Positions 19,655-30,318 are shown, counted from the first letter of the stretch. The stretch: 64,000 nucleotides of DNA from Candidatus Geocrenenecus huangii (GCA_023254095.1 JALNLM010000002.1:96001-160000); one strand, 5' to 3'. Notes: a model not told the origin generated them from the letters alone. Numbers and translations are program-made.

Positions 19655-20797
19655 ATGATTCCTAAAGATGAAATAACAAGGATCATGGAAAAGTATTATC
19701 ATACAAGGGAACTGACTATAGGCGTTATCGGAACACATTCTGCTCTAGAAGTATGTAGAGGGGCAAAAGACGAGGATTTCAAAACGATCGTCATATGCCA
19801 GAAAAATAGAGAGAAGACTTATTCGAAATACTTTGTCTCTAGAGAAAGATTTGGAAAGAAGGTCGGCATAGTAGATGAAGTACTAGTATTAGAGAAATTC
19901 AGTGAGATAGCTAGAGAAGAAGTTCAAGAAGAGCTTAGAAGAAAGAGTACGTTACTAGTTCCTCACAGAGGTCTATCCGTATATGTTGGGTACGAAACGA
20001 TAGAGAACCTATTGAAAATACCTATCTTCGGAAATAGATATCTTCTAAAGATCGAAGAGAGGGGGATCGACCTCAACCAGTATAAATTGTTAGAGAAGGC
20101 AGGTATACCGTACCCTAGAATTCTTAGAAGTCCAGAAGAGATTGATGGTCCAGTCATAGTTAAGGTATCTGAAGCAGCTAGACAATACGAGAGAGGTTTC
20201 TTTATAGTTTCATCTGCGAAAGAGTTTGAAGAAAAATCAGCAGCCCTTATAGAGAAGAAATTAATCGCTAGAGAAGCTTTAGAGAAAGCAGTAATAGAAG
20301 AACTAGTAGTAGGAGCACCCTTCAATTTTAACTTCTTCTACTCTCCTCTAGATGGAGAAATAGAATTATTAGGGATAGATATGAGAAGGCAGACGAACAT
20401 CGATGGGTTACTCCGATTACCCGCCACCCAACAATTAGAGGTATTGAAATATGTCGTGGTGAGAAATATCGAGGTCGGCCACGTAGCGTGTACGATTAGA
20501 GAATCTTTACTGGAGAGAGCTTTCGAGCTGGCTGAAAAATTTGTGAAGACTACGCAGGAGACTCATTCTCCAGGAGTCATAGGTCCATTCGCTCTTCAAG
20601 GCATAGTAACGCCCGGCCCTCCGCATGAAGAGATCGTCGTGTACGATGTTAGCGTAAGAGTACCAGGTTCTCCGGGAACGAAGTTCACTCCGTACTCTGA
20701 GAATCTTTGGGGATTCCCAATTAGTGTTGGTCGAAGAATAGCCTTCGAGATCAGAGAAGCTTTAAGACAGGATAAGTTGGAGAAGATCCTAACATGA
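19655..20797 (+). CDS. purP: PurP-family ATP-grasp protein (FAICAR synthetase-like), copy 1
   Basis: GTHSAL...GAKDEDF, FGNR, IGPFALQ and VGRRIAFEI motifs. Confidence 0.85.
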   Translation: MIPKDEITRIMEKYYHTRELTIGVIGTHSALEVCRGAKDEDFKTIVICQKNREKTYSKYFVSRERFGKKVGIVDEVLVLEKFSEIAREEVQEELRRKSTLLVPHRGLSVYVGYETIENLLKIPIFGNRYLLKIEERGIDLNQYKLLEKAGIPYPRILRSPEEIDGPVIVKVSEAARQYERGFFIVSSAKEFEEKSAALIEKKLIAREALEKAVIEELVVGAPFNFNFFYSPLDGEIELLGIDMRRQTNIDGLLRLPATQQLEVLKYVVVRNIEVGHVACTIRESLLERAFELAEKFVKTTQETHSPGVIGPFALQGIVTPGPPHEEIVVYDVSVRVPGSPGTKFTPYSENLWGFPISVGRRIAFEIREALRQDKLEKILT

Positions 20798-21894
20798 TTG
20801 ATAGGAGCGAAATACTAGGTATCTTGTCTGGTTACAATGAATCAGATATCAAGATAGGGACAATATGTTCACATTCATCTCTCCAGATATTTCATGGAGC
20901 CAGAAGAGAAGGTATACCTTCTGTAGGAATAGTATTAAGAGAGAACAAGCCATATTATGAGAGCTTCCCTAAAGCTACGCCAGACATATTCATGGAGGTT
21001 GAAAGCTATAAAGAGATTCTCACCGACCATTTTCAGAAGCGGCTAATCTCTGAAAACGTAGTAATTGTACCACATGGATCTTTCGTAGAATATGTTGGGT
21101 CTGACAACATTCTCGAGAGATTTAGAGTGCCGCTGATCGGAAATAGGCTAACATTATACTGGGAAGGTGATAGAAGGAGGCAAAGAGAATGGTTGGAGGA
21201 AGCTAGAGTAAACACTCCGAAGATTTATAGAAACCCTTCAGAGATAGATAAACCTGTAATCGTCAAACTCCACGGAGCGAAAGGAGGGAAGGGGTACTTC
21301 AAAGCCTCTAACAAAGAAGAATTCTATACAAGGTTTAATGAGCTCAAAGTAAAGAACGTAGTAGATGGTCTGGATGACTTAGTGATAGAGGAATTCATTG
21401 CAGGAGTAAGATATTACCCTCACTTCTTCTACAGTGTTCTCGGAGAGAAGAATCTCCCAAGATTAGAAGAGGGGAGACTAGAACTCCTCGGGATAGATAG
21501 AAGATTAGAGGTTATAGACGAAATACATCGAGGCTTACCCTTGATAATTGAAGACTACCTCGACTATACGGTAACAGGGAATATCCCCGTCGTTGTTAGA
21601 GAAAAATACCTAGTAAGTTTATTGGAAGATACGATAAGGATTGTATCAGCTGCCAGGAAGCTTTTTTATCCAGGCTTGATCGGTCCCTTCTGCATAGAAA
21701 CGATATATCATCCAGTTAGAGGATTTATAGTATTCGAAGTATCTGCTAGAATAGTAGCAGGGACAAATCTCTATCCTAACGGTTCTCCCTACTCCGTATA
21801 CTATCACGATGAGCCGATGTCTATGGGTAGGCGGATAGCTAGAGAAGTAAAGAATGCGTTAAGGATGAATTCTCTAGATAAACTGGTTTACTAA
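20794..21894 (+). CDS. purP: PurP-family ATP-grasp protein (FAICAR synthetase-like), copy 2
   Basis: CSHSSLQIFHGA, PHGSFVEY, GAKGGKGYF, FEVSARIVAGTN and MSMGRRIAREV motifs. Confidence 0.9.
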   Translation: MIDRSEILGILSGYNESDIKIGTICSHSSLQIFHGARREGIPSVGIVLRENKPYYESFPKATPDIFMEVESYKEILTDHFQKRLISENVVIVPHGSFVEYVGSDNILERFRVPLIGNRLTLYWEGDRRRQREWLEEARVNTPKIYRNPSEIDKPVIVKLHGAKGGKGYFKASNKEEFYTRFNELKVKNVVDGLDDLVIEEFIAGVRYYPHFFYSVLGEKNLPRLEEGRLELLGIDRRLEVIDEIHRGLPLIIEDYLDYTVTGNIPVVVREKYLVSLLEDTIRIVSAARKLFYPGLIGPFCIETIYHPVRGFIVFEVSARIVAGTNLYPNGSPYSVYYHDEPMSMGRRIAREVKNALRMNSLDKLVY

Positions 21895-22024
21895 TAATTC
21901 ATTAACTCTAATTCCTAGGAAGGCTAAATCTGTGATCTTCATCTTTATCCAAGGATGTTAAATTTCATCGGCTAGATGAGATAAAAGATATATCCTGGTT
22001 TTTAATGATCGGCTGTGGGATTTC

Positions 22025-23482
22025 TTGGTTAAAGTCTTAGAAGATTTTGGATTATCTTTTGATGATGTCCTCCTACTACCTAGGAAGTCTTCTGTAGTAT
22101 CTAGGAGAGAGATATCTACTACGACTAGATTCGCCGGGAAGATTATGATAAATATTCCCATCGCATCTGCAGCTATGGATACTGTAACGGAATCCGCTAT
22201 GGCCATTACTCTTGCTAGAGAAGGTGGAATAGGAGTAATACATCGCTTCATCCCTCCGGAAAGACAAGCGGAGGAAGTTGCTAAAGTAAAAAGAGCAGAT
22301 AATGTAATCATAGAGAAGCCTACGACCATATCTCCAGATAAGACTGTGGGAGAAGCAAGAGAATTAATGAAGACTCTTGGAATAAGCGGTTTGCTCGTCG
22401 TAGATTCAGAGAATAGGCTTCTGGGGATACTGACTAAGAGGGACGTATTATTCGAAGATGATAAAATGCTCGTCAGTAAGTGTATGACCCCTAGGAGTAG
22501 TATGGTCATTGCTGAATCAGACATATCCATAGAAGAAGCCAAGAATATATTCAGACGGTACAAGGTCGAGAAAATCCCAATAGTCGACAAGGACAATAGA
22601 GTTAAAGGATTAATAACATGCGTTGACTTGTTGAAGAGAGAAGCCTACCCGAATGCTTCCAGAGATCCTAAGGGTAGATTGATGGTTGCAGCAGCTATAG
22701 GCGTAAAGGAGAATGAGATATATCGGGCTAAGCTCTTGATTGAGGCTGGTGCTGATGCGATAGTTATAGACGTTGCACATGGACATACAACCATGTGTAT
22801 AGAAACAATAAAGAAGCTAAAGAATTTGTATGGAGATGATGTGCAGGTAGTCGCTGGCAATGTCGCAACAGCTGAAGGCGTAGAAGACCTTGCCTCCGCT
22901 GGAGCTGATGCGGTGAAGGTAGGTGTAGGACCAGGCTCGGTATGCACTACTAGGATAGTTGCTGGGGTAGGGGTACCACAGCTATCTGCAATACTTGAAT
23001 GCGGTGAAGCAGCTGAGAAGATGGATATACCTATAATAGCTGATGGCGGGATACGGGAGAGTGGAGATATAGTCAAAGCGTTAGCCGCAGGTGCTTCTTC
23101 AGTTATGATAGGAAGATTGTTAGCGGGAACCGATGAGAGTCCTGGGACGATTATAGTCAAGAATGGTAGAAGATATAAAATCTATAGAGGGATGGCTTCA
23201 ATCTACGCTATGCTTGGTAGAGAATTTAGGTCTAGAGAAGAGTTCTCAGAAGCATTGATAGATTCCTCAGAGTATTCGTACTACGCTGAGGGTGTCGAGG
23301 CATACGTGCCCTATACAGGTTCAGCGTCAGAGATGATAAAGAAGCTGCTGGCAGGATTAAGATCTGGGATGAGCTACTTAGGCGCTAGAACAATAGATGA
23401 AATGAAACGCAACTCGATATTTGTTAGGGTAACCCAAGCAGGGATAAGGGAAAGCATGCCTCATGACGTAGAGGTAATATAG
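22025..23482 (+). CDS. guaB: IMP dehydrogenase with CBS pair
   Basis: [30 protein letters not shown] and EGVE motifs. Confidence 0.95.
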   Translation: MVKVLEDFGLSFDDVLLLPRKSSVVSRREISTTTRFAGKIMINIPIASAAMDTVTESAMAITLAREGGIGVIHRFIPPERQAEEVAKVKRADNVIIEKPTTISPDKTVGEARELMKTLGISGLLVVDSENRLLGILTKRDVLFEDDKMLVSKCMTPRSSMVIAESDISIEEAKNIFRRYKVEKIPIVDKDNRVKGLITCVDLLKREAYPNASRDPKGRLMVAAAIGVKENEIYRAKLLIEAGADAIVIDVAHGHTTMCIETIKKLKNLYGDDVQVVAGNVATAEGVEDLASAGADAVKVGVGPGSVCTTRIVAGVGVPQLSAILECGEAAEKMDIPIIADGGIRESGDIVKALAAGASSVMIGRLLAGTDESPGTIIVKNGRRYKIYRGMASIYAMLGREFRSREEFSEALIDSSEYSYYAEGVEAYVPYTGSASEMIKKLLAGLRSGMSYLGARTIDEMKRNSIFVRVTQAGIRESMPHDVEVI

Positions 23483-23498
23483 ACTAGTGAAGTAGTCC

Positions 23499-24746
23499 AT
23501 GACAGGCGTAGCCATAATAGGGTTGCAATGGGGAGATGAAGGAAAAGGAAAAATATCATATTTGTTGTCTAGAGATGCAGAATACGTTGTAAGATTTCAA
23601 GGAGGAGCAAACGCTGGACATACCGTAGTCTTAGACGGCAGGGAGCTAAGATTCAATATGCTTCCAGCTGGTTCAGCATCTGGAGCAAGACCATGTATAG
23701 CTTCTGGCACAGTAGTAGATCTGGATGAAGTTATCGAAGAAATTGAATTGTTAAAAAGCATAGGGATAGATGTTAAACCTCTGATAAGCAAGAATGCCAA
23801 TGTGGTCCTCCCCGTACATAAAGAGCTCGATGAGATGATTGAGAAGCTTAGAAGTAGAGAACTAATAGGTACGACGAGGAGAGGCATAGGTCCAGCATAC
23901 TCGGACAAGGCTTTAAGAATAGGTATCAAGATAGTAGACTTGCTAGACCCTGAAGTACTCGAGAGCAAGGTCAAGCTACTAGAAGACTTCCATAAACTAT
24001 CCATTGGAGACATCGAGAAAAGCGTTAGGATAGCTGAGAAACTTTCAGAAAATACATGCGATTTAGAGATAATCCTAAATGAAGCATTAGATGAAGGAAA
24101 AAAGATCGTCTTCGAAGGTGCGCAGGGAACCTTGCTTGACATAGACCAGGGAACATATCCTTATGTAACGTCATCTAATACTACTATAGGAGCGGTATTC
24201 ACGAGTTGTGGAATAGGTCCTAGAAAGATCTCGGAGATAGTCGGAGTGATGAAGGCATACACGACTAGAGTAGGAGCGGGGGTATTTCCCACAGAGTTAA
24301 GGAACGAGGAAGGAAGCATTCTTAGAGAGAAAGGTAGAGAATACGGGACAACTACGGGAAGACCTAGAAGAGTTGGATGGCTCGATATCCCTCTACTAAG
24401 ATACAGCATAATGATAAACAGTATTGATTGGGTAGCGTTAACAAAGCTAGACGTCTTAAGCGGGTTAAGGAAGATACCTATATGCGTAGAATATGATGTA
24501 GATGGAAAAACAATCAGGATAGCTTCTCCAAACGTTAAGATGCTTGAGAAAGCAACCCCTATCTATTCTTATCTAGATGGTTGGCCCGATCTAGGGAGAG
24601 AAGAATGGAGAAAGATAACCTTGAGAGGGTGGGATGCTCTACCTGAGAATGCTAGAACATACGTGGAGACTATTGAGAATCTTGTAGGTAAGCCTATAAA
24701 GCTAGTTTCAGTGGGAGCAGCAGCTAGAATGGAGGTCGTAAAGTAG
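23499..24746 (+). CDS. purA: adenylosuccinate synthetase
   Basis: GLQWGDEGKGK, GGANAGHT, EGAQGTLLDID and EYGTTTGRPRRVGW motifs. Confidence 0.97.
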   Translation: MTGVAIIGLQWGDEGKGKISYLLSRDAEYVVRFQGGANAGHTVVLDGRELRFNMLPAGSASGARPCIASGTVVDLDEVIEEIELLKSIGIDVKPLISKNANVVLPVHKELDEMIEKLRSRELIGTTRRGIGPAYSDKALRIGIKIVDLLDPEVLESKVKLLEDFHKLSIGDIEKSVRIAEKLSENTCDLEIILNEALDEGKKIVFEGAQGTLLDIDQGTYPYVTSSNTTIGAVFTSCGIGPRKISEIVGVMKAYTTRVGAGVFPTELRNEEGSILREKGREYGTTTGRPRRVGWLDIPLLRYSIMINSIDWVALTKLDVLSGLRKIPICVEYDVDGKTIRIASPNVKMLEKATPIYSYLDGWPDLGREEWRKITLRGWDALPENARTYVETIENLVGKPIKLVSVGAAARMEVVK

Positions 24747-26146
24747 TGGATCCATTAGAAGCTATAACGCCGATAGATGGAAGATATAGAGAAAAGCTGT
24801 CTAATCTAAAGGATTACTTCTCCGAGTACGCTCTGATAAAAGAGAGGGTCAGGATTGAGATAGAATACTTGGCTGAATTCATTGAGGAAGTCGAGTATTC
24901 AAAATCATCCTTGCTTCCAAGTGATTGGAGAGAGATCCTCTTAAATATATATCGAAATTTCTCATTAGAAGATGCTGGGAAGGTTAAGGAATTCGAGAAG
25001 AAATTAGGTCACGACGTCTTTGCAGTCGTAAAGTATCTGATGGAGAAGCTTGATGAGAAGAAACTAGAAATCTTGAAGCCGTACATACATATAGGCTTAA
25101 CTTCTGAAGATGTAAACAATCTCGCCTACTCATCGTTACTCAATAGATTCAACCGAGAAGTTTTAGTGCCTGTTCTTCTTAAACTTGTAGACAAGCTGTC
25201 CAGCATCTCTCTCCAGTATGTCGATACCGTTATGCTTGGCAGAACACATGGTGTACCCGCAGTTCCCACAACTTTCGGTAGATTCATCGTTAACTATGCT
25301 TACAGAATAGCTAAGATCCTAGAGCAGATAGCGGATATGAAGTTTCCAGGTAAGCTGGGTGGAGCTGTAGGAGACCATAATGCTTTGAAATTCGTCTACC
25401 CCGAGGTTGACTGGATTTCTTTCAGTAAGTCTTTCGTTGAATCTCAAGGACTTATTTATTTCCCAGCCACTACCCAGATTCTACCACATGAAATTTTATC
25501 GAGCTACTTGATGGAGATATCAATACTAGACTCGATACTATCAAATCTTTGTAGAGACATATGGATGCTCTCATTGATAGAATATGTATCCTTCCCTTTA
25601 GAAGTAGGTGAAGTGCATTCATCGACTATGCCTCATAAATCTAACCCCATACTACTGGAAAATGCTGAAGGGGCATTCGACTTAGCATCGAGCATCTTAT
25701 CATACATGAGTACGAGATTAATATCGAGTAGACTCCATAGAGATCTCTCAGACTCAGTGGTTAAGAGATTCTATGGAGTTCCTCTATCCCTAACATATAT
25801 GGGGGTAAAGAATCTACTAACAATACTTGATAAGATGCAGATCAATAAAGAGAGAATGGCCTTAGATGTTGAAAAACATCCTGAAATTCTTTCTGAAGCC
25901 TTCCAATTATACTTGAGAAGACATGGACACTCTAAGGCTTACGAGATAATTCAGAGAATAGTTAGAGAAAGACCTGAAAAGATAATAGAAGAATTAGAGA
26001 GTCTGGTCCCTGCGGGAGAAATTGAAAAATTGGCTAAGCTAAAACCAATAGAATACCTTGGTGAAGCAGAAAGAATTGTTATGAATCTAATTCAGGAAGT
26101 TGAGAAGATAAAGAGTAGAATAGAAGATTATAGGGGCAGCTTATAG
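24746..26146 (+). CDS. purB: adenylosuccinate lyase
   Basis: PIDGRY, LTSEDVNN, GRTHG and SSTMPHKSNP motifs. Confidence 0.95.
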   Translation: MDPLEAITPIDGRYREKLSNLKDYFSEYALIKERVRIEIEYLAEFIEEVEYSKSSLLPSDWREILLNIYRNFSLEDAGKVKEFEKKLGHDVFAVVKYLMEKLDEKKLEILKPYIHIGLTSEDVNNLAYSSLLNRFNREVLVPVLLKLVDKLSSISLQYVDTVMLGRTHGVPAVPTTFGRFIVNYAYRIAKILEQIADMKFPGKLGGAVGDHNALKFVYPEVDWISFSKSFVESQGLIYFPATTQILPHEILSSYLMEISILDSILSNLCRDIWMLSLIEYVSFPLEVGEVHSSTMPHKSNPILLENAEGAFDLASSILSYMSTRLISSRLHRDLSDSVVKRFYGVPLSLTYMGVKNLLTILDKMQINKERMALDVEKHPEILSEAFQLYLRRHGHSKAYEIIQRIVRERPEKIIEELESLVPAGEIEKLAKLKPIEYLGEAERIVMNLIQEVEKIKSRIEDYRGSL

Positions 26147-26221
26147 CCTATACATGTTTATGTTAATTTTAGAAGCGTATGTCTAGGCAGCTTTAAATAA
26201 AATTGTAACGAGAAAATCAAC

Positions 26222-26785
26222 ATGGTTCAGCAGGGTACTAAATTAAGGAGACCTGACCCTTTCACAGGTATAGCCTACATGGCGGTAGCTTCAGCTGTAA
26301 CAGGTGTCGGCTTCCTACTAACAGCTCCTATACCGCTGATCCCGGGCGCAATCCACTGGAGAGTCCTAGCATTTCTCCCATGCGTGTTCGGGATATTATA
26401 TGGCCCAATCATAGGATTCGTATCAGGCGCCTTAGGTAACACTCTCTGGGCGTTGATAGGCGGATACTTTAATCCAGCTACCCCGGTCTTCGACCTCATA
26501 GGCGTAGGACTTACAGGGTTAATTCCAGGATTAATCTGTAAACCTCAAGACGCATCTTCCAGCAAGGGATTACTGAAGATCGCGTTAATCAGCCTATTAT
26601 CAGGAGTTGTCATGGTTCCCATAGTTGCAGTTGGATTCGACTTAGTAGGCGTGGCCCCCTTCGGCCCAGCCATTGTATTTCTAGCGTTAAGTGATCTCCC
26701 ACCAATCCTGATAGGTACACCTTTAGTCATGGCCGCAGTTACTCCACCGTTATTGAGGAGGAACTTAATTAAATGGAGGTTCTAG
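26222..26785 (+). CDS. ECF transporter substrate-specific (S) component
   Basis: Small, about 6-TM protein with FGILYGPIIGFVSGALG, directly upstream of ECF A and T genes. Confidence 0.85.
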   Translation: MVQQGTKLRRPDPFTGIAYMAVASAVTGVGFLLTAPIPLIPGAIHWRVLAFLPCVFGILYGPIIGFVSGALGNTLWALIGGYFNPATPVFDLIGVGLTGLIPGLICKPQDASSSKGLLKIALISLLSGVVMVPIVAVGFDLVGVAPFGPAIVFLALSDLPPILIGTPLVMAAVTPPLLRRNLIKWRF

Positions 26786-28227
26786 ATTCTCTTGAAGTCA
26801 GAAACCTGAATTGTAGATATGATTCCAAATGGATACTGAGAAATATATCTTTCAAGGTTAAGCCTGGCGAAGCATTAGCTATAGTGGGTCCAAGCGCTTC
26901 GGGGAAGACAACTCTCACATACTGTCTTTCAGGAGTCATCCCTAACAGGATACGGGCAGAAGTATCAGGATGCTTGAGAGTAGATGGTGAAGAACTTCTA
27001 GGAAAGCCGATTAAAGAAATAATAAAGTCAATTGGAGTAGTCCTCCAAAACTATGAATTACAGGTCTTCGGATTAACAGTTGAAGAAGACTTAGAATTAA
27101 GTATGAAGGAAGATGACCGAGATACACTTGAGAGAGTTCTAAAGCTCTTTGAACTAGAGAAGTATAGGAGATACTATGTTCATGAACTTTCAGGAGGATT
27201 GAAACATCGGCTAGTCATAGCTTCTACAATCCTAACAGACCCGAAATACATTGTGATGGATGACCCGGTAGTGAACCTAGACTGGAACAGTAGGATGATA
27301 GTAGCAAAAACAATAGAATTACTAAAACAAAAAGGAAAAGGAGTAATAATACTTGGGAGGAGGCTAAAAGGATTGGAGAAAGTCGTAGACCGATGGATAC
27401 ACATAACCCCAGAGCGATCAGAAAATACACTTCCGTGGCCACAACAGACCAAGACTACAAATAGTAAGACTGTAACCGAACTTTCAGATGACCCTATAAT
27501 TGAATTTAGAGAAGTATATTATAGATATAGTAAGGAATATGTTTTGAAGAATGTATCTCTACAGATTAGGAAGGGCGAGATACATGCAGTCATGGGTCCG
27601 AATGGTTCAGGGAAAACTACCTTGATGAAACATATCAATGGATTACTGAAACCATCTAGAGGAACAGTGTTGGTGAATAATGTAGATACGAAGAAGACTA
27701 GCCCTGCCGAAATGTCAAAGTTTGTTGGAATAGTCTTCCAAGACCCTGAGAAATACTTTGTCTCAGAAAGAGTTTGGGATGAAGTCGCATTTGGTGTTAG
27801 AAACCTCGGTCTAGATGAAAAGAATGTTGATGTAGCTTTACGCATGTTGAACCTAGAAGATAGGAAAGATTCAAGTCCATACTCTCTAAGCATGGGAGAG
27901 AAGATTAGACTGTACATAGCATCTGTTGTAGCAATGGACCCGCAGATAATAATCCTGGATGAACCTACTACCGGCCAAGATGAGGGAACTCTGGAGCAGA
28001 TGATGAATACTATTAAAAAGCTAAGGGACATGAATAAAACAATTGTTGTCGTAACACATGATTCAGATTTCGCGCTATCTGTCGCTGACAGGTTGACGAT
28101 ACTGAAGGATGGAAGCGTCTATGCAGAAGGAAGCCCCCTAGAACTGTTGAATAATATTTCATTGGTTCAAGAGGTTGGAATTGAACCTTTATCGATAGAA
28201 GGTGAAGAGAAATGCTTGGCAAAATAG
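26773..28227 (+). CDS. ECF transporter ATPase with two fused NBDs
   Basis: Walker A motifs GPSASGKTT and GPNGSGKTT; second domain has LSMGEK, LDEPT and VTHD. Confidence 0.9.
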   Translation: MEVLDSLEVRNLNCRYDSKWILRNISFKVKPGEALAIVGPSASGKTTLTYCLSGVIPNRIRAEVSGCLRVDGEELLGKPIKEIIKSIGVVLQNYELQVFGLTVEEDLELSMKEDDRDTLERVLKLFELEKYRRYYVHELSGGLKHRLVIASTILTDPKYIVMDDPVVNLDWNSRMIVAKTIELLKQKGKGVIILGRRLKGLEKVVDRWIHITPERSENTLPWPQQTKTTNSKTVTELSDDPIIEFREVYYRYSKEYVLKNVSLQIRKGEIHAVMGPNGSGKTTLMKHINGLLKPSRGTVLVNNVDTKKTSPAEMSKFVGIVFQDPEKYFVSERVWDEVAFGVRNLGLDEKNVDVALRMLNLEDRKDSSPYSLSMGEKIRLYIASVVAMDPQIIILDEPTTGQDEGTLEQMMNTIKKLRDMNKTIVVVTHDSDFALSVADRLTILKDGSVYAEGSPLELLNNISLVQEVGIEPLSIEGEEKCLAK

Positions 28228-28934
28228 CTCTCGATCTAGATTCGAGAACAAAAATACTCTTATTCATTACGTGGTTTTCCATGGTATTCATCTGTAGAAA
28301 CCTCTATAGCCTTCTAACACTGTTCGCATCCTCGACCTTGATATTGATCTTATCTGGTTCAGCATTCTCGGTTTTTAAGAAGATGAAGATTATGCTCCCA
28401 CTGGTATTACTTTCATGGCCTCTCTGGACATTTCTCGGAAATTGGTCTCTATTCCACTCGACAGGTGGAGGATTCGACCTATTCTTCGGACTATTCATGA
28501 TGCTTAGATTACTACTCATAATAATGATCTCTGTAGCTTTCATATTGATTGTTAAACCGACGGAAATAATCGGAACAATTAATTCTGTCAAGCTACCCCC
28601 TCAGGTCGGTGCAGTCTTCGCATTGGCTTTCAGAAACTTGTATATTACTGCAGAAGATTATAAATCAATTAAAGAAGCTCATACATCCAGAGGGTTAGAG
28701 CTCGATAAAGGTTCTCTAGTCAAGAGGATTAGGAGTCACATACCATTATTAATCCCCTTAATTATAAAGAGTATAGACAATGCGGAAAAACTTGTATTAG
28801 CATTAGAGTTGCGTCCAAGCATTATGAACCGGAGGAAGTCTAAACCTCTAAGACTTCAAGATACAGTGATGATTATAGGATGCGTTATTGTACTCCTCTT
28901 TATGGCTTACTATAGCTTTGTAATGGTGAGTTGA
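28212..28934 (+). CDS. ECF transporter transmembrane (T, CbiQ-like) component
   Basis: LDSRTKILL start and the two X-R-X coupling motifs (SRG, ELR). Confidence 0.88.
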   Translation: MLGKIALDLDSRTKILLFITWFSMVFICRNLYSLLTLFASSTLILILSGSAFSVFKKMKIMLPLVLLSWPLWTFLGNWSLFHSTGGGFDLFFGLFMMLRLLLIIMISVAFILIVKPTEIIGTINSVKLPPQVGAVFALAFRNLYITAEDYKSIKEAHTSRGLELDKGSLVKRIRSHIPLLIPLIIKSIDNAEKLVLALELRPSIMNRRKSKPLRLQDTVMIIGCVIVLLFMAYYSFVMVS

Positions 28935-29525
28935 ATGTCTCCTAGAGTCTTAGAGTATAAAGGTCAAGAAAAACATATTATACAATTAGGCGGATTAGTA
29001 AGGGAGTTACCAATTATACAAGTCTCGAACGATATCTGGATAGCTTCAAACGCAGACCTAATCTTAGGAGACATAGAATTCATTCAGACAGCTGCAGACC
29101 TGCTATCCGAGAAGATTAAGAAATACGCCCCCGAGATCATAGTTACTCCGGAAGCCAAAGCTATAGCATTCGCATATGAAGTGGCCAAGAAGCTCGGTCA
29201 CAAGAAACTAGTTATCGCTAGAAAATCCGTAAAGGCGTATATGAGAGACTATCTCCTAGAAGAATGTTCATCGATAACTACGAAGGGGAGACAAGTTCTC
29301 CTATTCGTGAAAGAAGATGTAGAGAAGATAAGTAATAAGAAAGTATGTATACTGGATGACGTTGTATCTACTGGTGGAACTATTACAGCTTTAGAGAAGT
29401 TGGTTAGGAAGGCAGGTGGAGAGGTAATCTGCAAAGCCACCATCTGGATCGAGGGTCCATGGTATACGGGTGAACTAGTATATCTAGATGAACTCCCAGT
29501 ATTCGTGAAGCAGCAGGAAGGCTAG
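28935..29525 (+). CDS. purine phosphoribosyltransferase (APRT/XPRT-like)
   Basis: PEAKAI, ARKS, SITT and PRPP motif ILDDVVSTGGT. Confidence 0.85.
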   Translation: MSPRVLEYKGQEKHIIQLGGLVRELPIIQVSNDIWIASNADLILGDIEFIQTAADLLSEKIKKYAPEIIVTPEAKAIAFAYEVAKKLGHKKLVIARKSVKAYMRDYLLEECSSITTKGRQVLLFVKEDVEKISNKKVCILDDVVSTGGTITALEKLVRKAGGEVICKATIWIEGPWYTGELVYLDELPVFVKQQEG

Positions 29526-29589
29526 CCCTAATTTACCAGAACTCAAGAATATCAGGAGTGCTACGATCTCTTTAATAGTAACTCCGGCG

Positions 29590-30318
29590 ATGTTAATAGT
29601 TGAATTCATGAAGAAAGTTGAAGAATTGAATTATAGGCTATACTCGATCGAGGCTCTTAGAATCCTGAAGAAGATGACATCCTATGACAAACTCTCATCT
29701 ATGCTAGAAATCCCCCCGACAGCCTTAAGCAGGTATGTTAATGGACATGTCGTCCCGAGCCTTGAAACAGCACGCTCAATATTTAATATATTCAAGAGAG
29801 AATACTTAATGAATGAAGTAAACAAGAGGATAATAGTTGATGAGTTTGGTGCAGTAGATAGTAGCTTAATAATATATGACCCAGTATTCTTGAAGAACCT
29901 CATCGTATCAGAATACGAAAAACTGAACTCTGTGAAGGTAGACAAGGTCTTAACCCTTGAAGCGGATGGAATACCTGTCGCATATCAGATAGCTTCGATA
30001 CTCGGTAAAGAAGTCGCGGTTGCTAGAAAAGCGAAAAAGCTTGGTGTAAGAGATTTCCTCGAGATAAAACAGGTCTTCGAGTCTGGAACATATAGATACA
30101 TCTACCTAGCTAGAAACGCTATAAAGAAAGGAGAATATGTACTCTTAACAGATGACATAATCAGGACAGGAGCAACCATAAAAGCATTGGTAAACTTGTG
30201 CAAAGAGGCGAAAGCAAACGTTTCAGGGATATTCACCATAATATCTTTAAAGAAGATGCATACAAAGCTTGAAGAGGAATTAGGCATTCCTGTGATCTCA
30301 TTCATAGAACTACAGTGA
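29590..30318 (+). CDS. HTH plus phosphoribosyltransferase-fold protein (PurR-like regulator)
   Basis: N-terminal SYDKLSSMLEIPPTALSRYVNGHVVPS HTH; C-terminal LTDDIIRTGAT. Confidence 0.82.
   Translation: MLIVEFMKKVEELNYRLYSIEALRILKKMTSYDKLSSMLEIPPTALSRYVNGHVVPSLETARSIFNIFKREYLMNEVNKRIIVDEFGAVDSSLIIYDPVFLKNLIVSEYEKLNSVKVDKVLTLEADGIPVAYQIASILGKEVAVARKAKKLGVRDFLEIKQVFESGTYRYIYLARNAIKKGEYVLLTDDIIRTGATIKALVNLCKEAKANVSGIFTIISLKKMHTKLEEELGIPVISFIELQ

Noticed and set aside
21958-24409. Long antisense ORFs (21958..22596, 22645..23160, 23597..24142) opposite guaB and purA, and similar ones across the window
   Set aside because: They are shadows of well-supported genes on the other strand, with Ser/Ile/Phe-rich composition and no motifs.
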